A stretch of 64,000 bases of DNA from an uncultured Pelagibacteraceae bacterium (GTDB lineage: Bacteria > Pseudomonadota > Alphaproteobacteria > Pelagibacterales > Pelagibacteraceae), in NCBI GenBank assembly GCA_902569105.1, contig CACFTE010000004.1:6303-70302 (forward strand). The letters are read 5' to 3'. The notes beneath the pieces were generated by a model, which saw only the letters and a program-made list of their open reading frames with translations, was not told the DNA's origin and did no database searches. Positions 63,606-64,000 of this stretch are shown here, in pieces. The position numbers were made by a program, and so were the translations under genes. Numbering within the stretch: the stretch's first letter is position 1; each line of letters opens with the position of its first letter.

Positions 63606-63609
63606 AATC

Positions 63610-64000
63610 ATGACTAAATTTGTTAAGAAAAATGAAATAAATAACAATTGGTACGAAATAGACGCCTCAAATGCTGTAGTTGGCAGATTGGCATCTATTA
63701 TAGCTAAAATTTTAAGAGGTAAGAATAAAGCAACTTTCACACCTCATATGGATAATGGTGACTTTGTGATAGTTAAAAATATTGAAAAAATTAAATTTAC
63801 TGGAAAAAAATTTCAAGATAAAAAATATTATCGCCATACAGGATATCCAGGTGGAATTAAAGAGACAACACCAGAAAAACTTTTTGATAAAAAACCAGGT
63901 GAAACATTAAAATTAGCTGTTAAAAGAATGTTGCCAGGTGGACCTTTGGCAAAAAAACAACTTACAAAATTAAAAATTTATAAAGGATCCGATCATCCTC
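63610..64000 (+). CDS. rplM: 50S ribosomal protein L13 (3'-truncated; missing from the ORF track)
   Basis: Hand translation WYEIDAS..VGRLAS..LRGKNK..FTPHMDNGD..YYRHTGYPGGIK..AVKRMLP. Confidence 0.97.
   Translation, partial: MTKFVKKNEINNNWYEIDASNAVVGRLASIIAKILRGKNKATFTPHMDNGDFVIVKNIEKIKFTGKKFQDKKYYRHTGYPGGIKETTPEKLFDKKPGETLKLAVKRMLPGGPLAKKQLTKLKIYKGSDHP

Noticed and set aside
63570-63606. CAUAUUGU and GGGC on the minus strand resembling fragments of SAM-V
   Set aside because: No complementary P1 partner and far from the SD; better explained as the rplM promoter on the plus strand.

Overview
Very AT-rich, densely packed core-genome segment of a streamlined marine alphaproteobacterium. It is almost certainly Pelagibacterales/SAR11, inferred from gene order, near-zero intergenic spacers, Lys/Ile/Asn-rich proteins, soxBDAG, hppA and metY. 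In order it carries: the distal S10, spc and alpha ribosomal operons (partial rplB to rplQ, no rpmD); rluC, lipB, mgtE, panC, galU-ugd, ridA, topA, plsY, pyrC'/pyrB, ruvX; gatCAB followed by an O-methyltransferase, trhO and a MATE transporter; soxBDAG; a two-gene glycan cassette; tRNA-Ser(GCT); slt, dapA, smpB, folK, rel, pyrE, pdxJ, acpS, lepB, rnc, recO, hemB; a 2OG-Fe oxygenase-rpiB-glyA-nrdR-rib-nusB-thiL run; hppA, bamE, rpmF-plsX-ihfA, rpmG, ctaA, a hydrolase-metY pair and partial rplM. No integrase, transposase, CRISPR or rRNA was seen. The most striking non-coding signal is a 51-bp direct repeat (45/51 identical). It looks like a duplicated palindromic bidirectional promoter and brackets the convergent epimerase + DUF4422 cassette between soxB and tRNA-Ser. 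Also notable: a possible TrmR-like/TrhO wobble-uridine module, a metY leader with no visible SAM-V riboswitch, a C-terminally trimmed Rel, and several clean gene absences from conserved alphaproteobacterial operons. All calls come from motif recognition; no searches were run.
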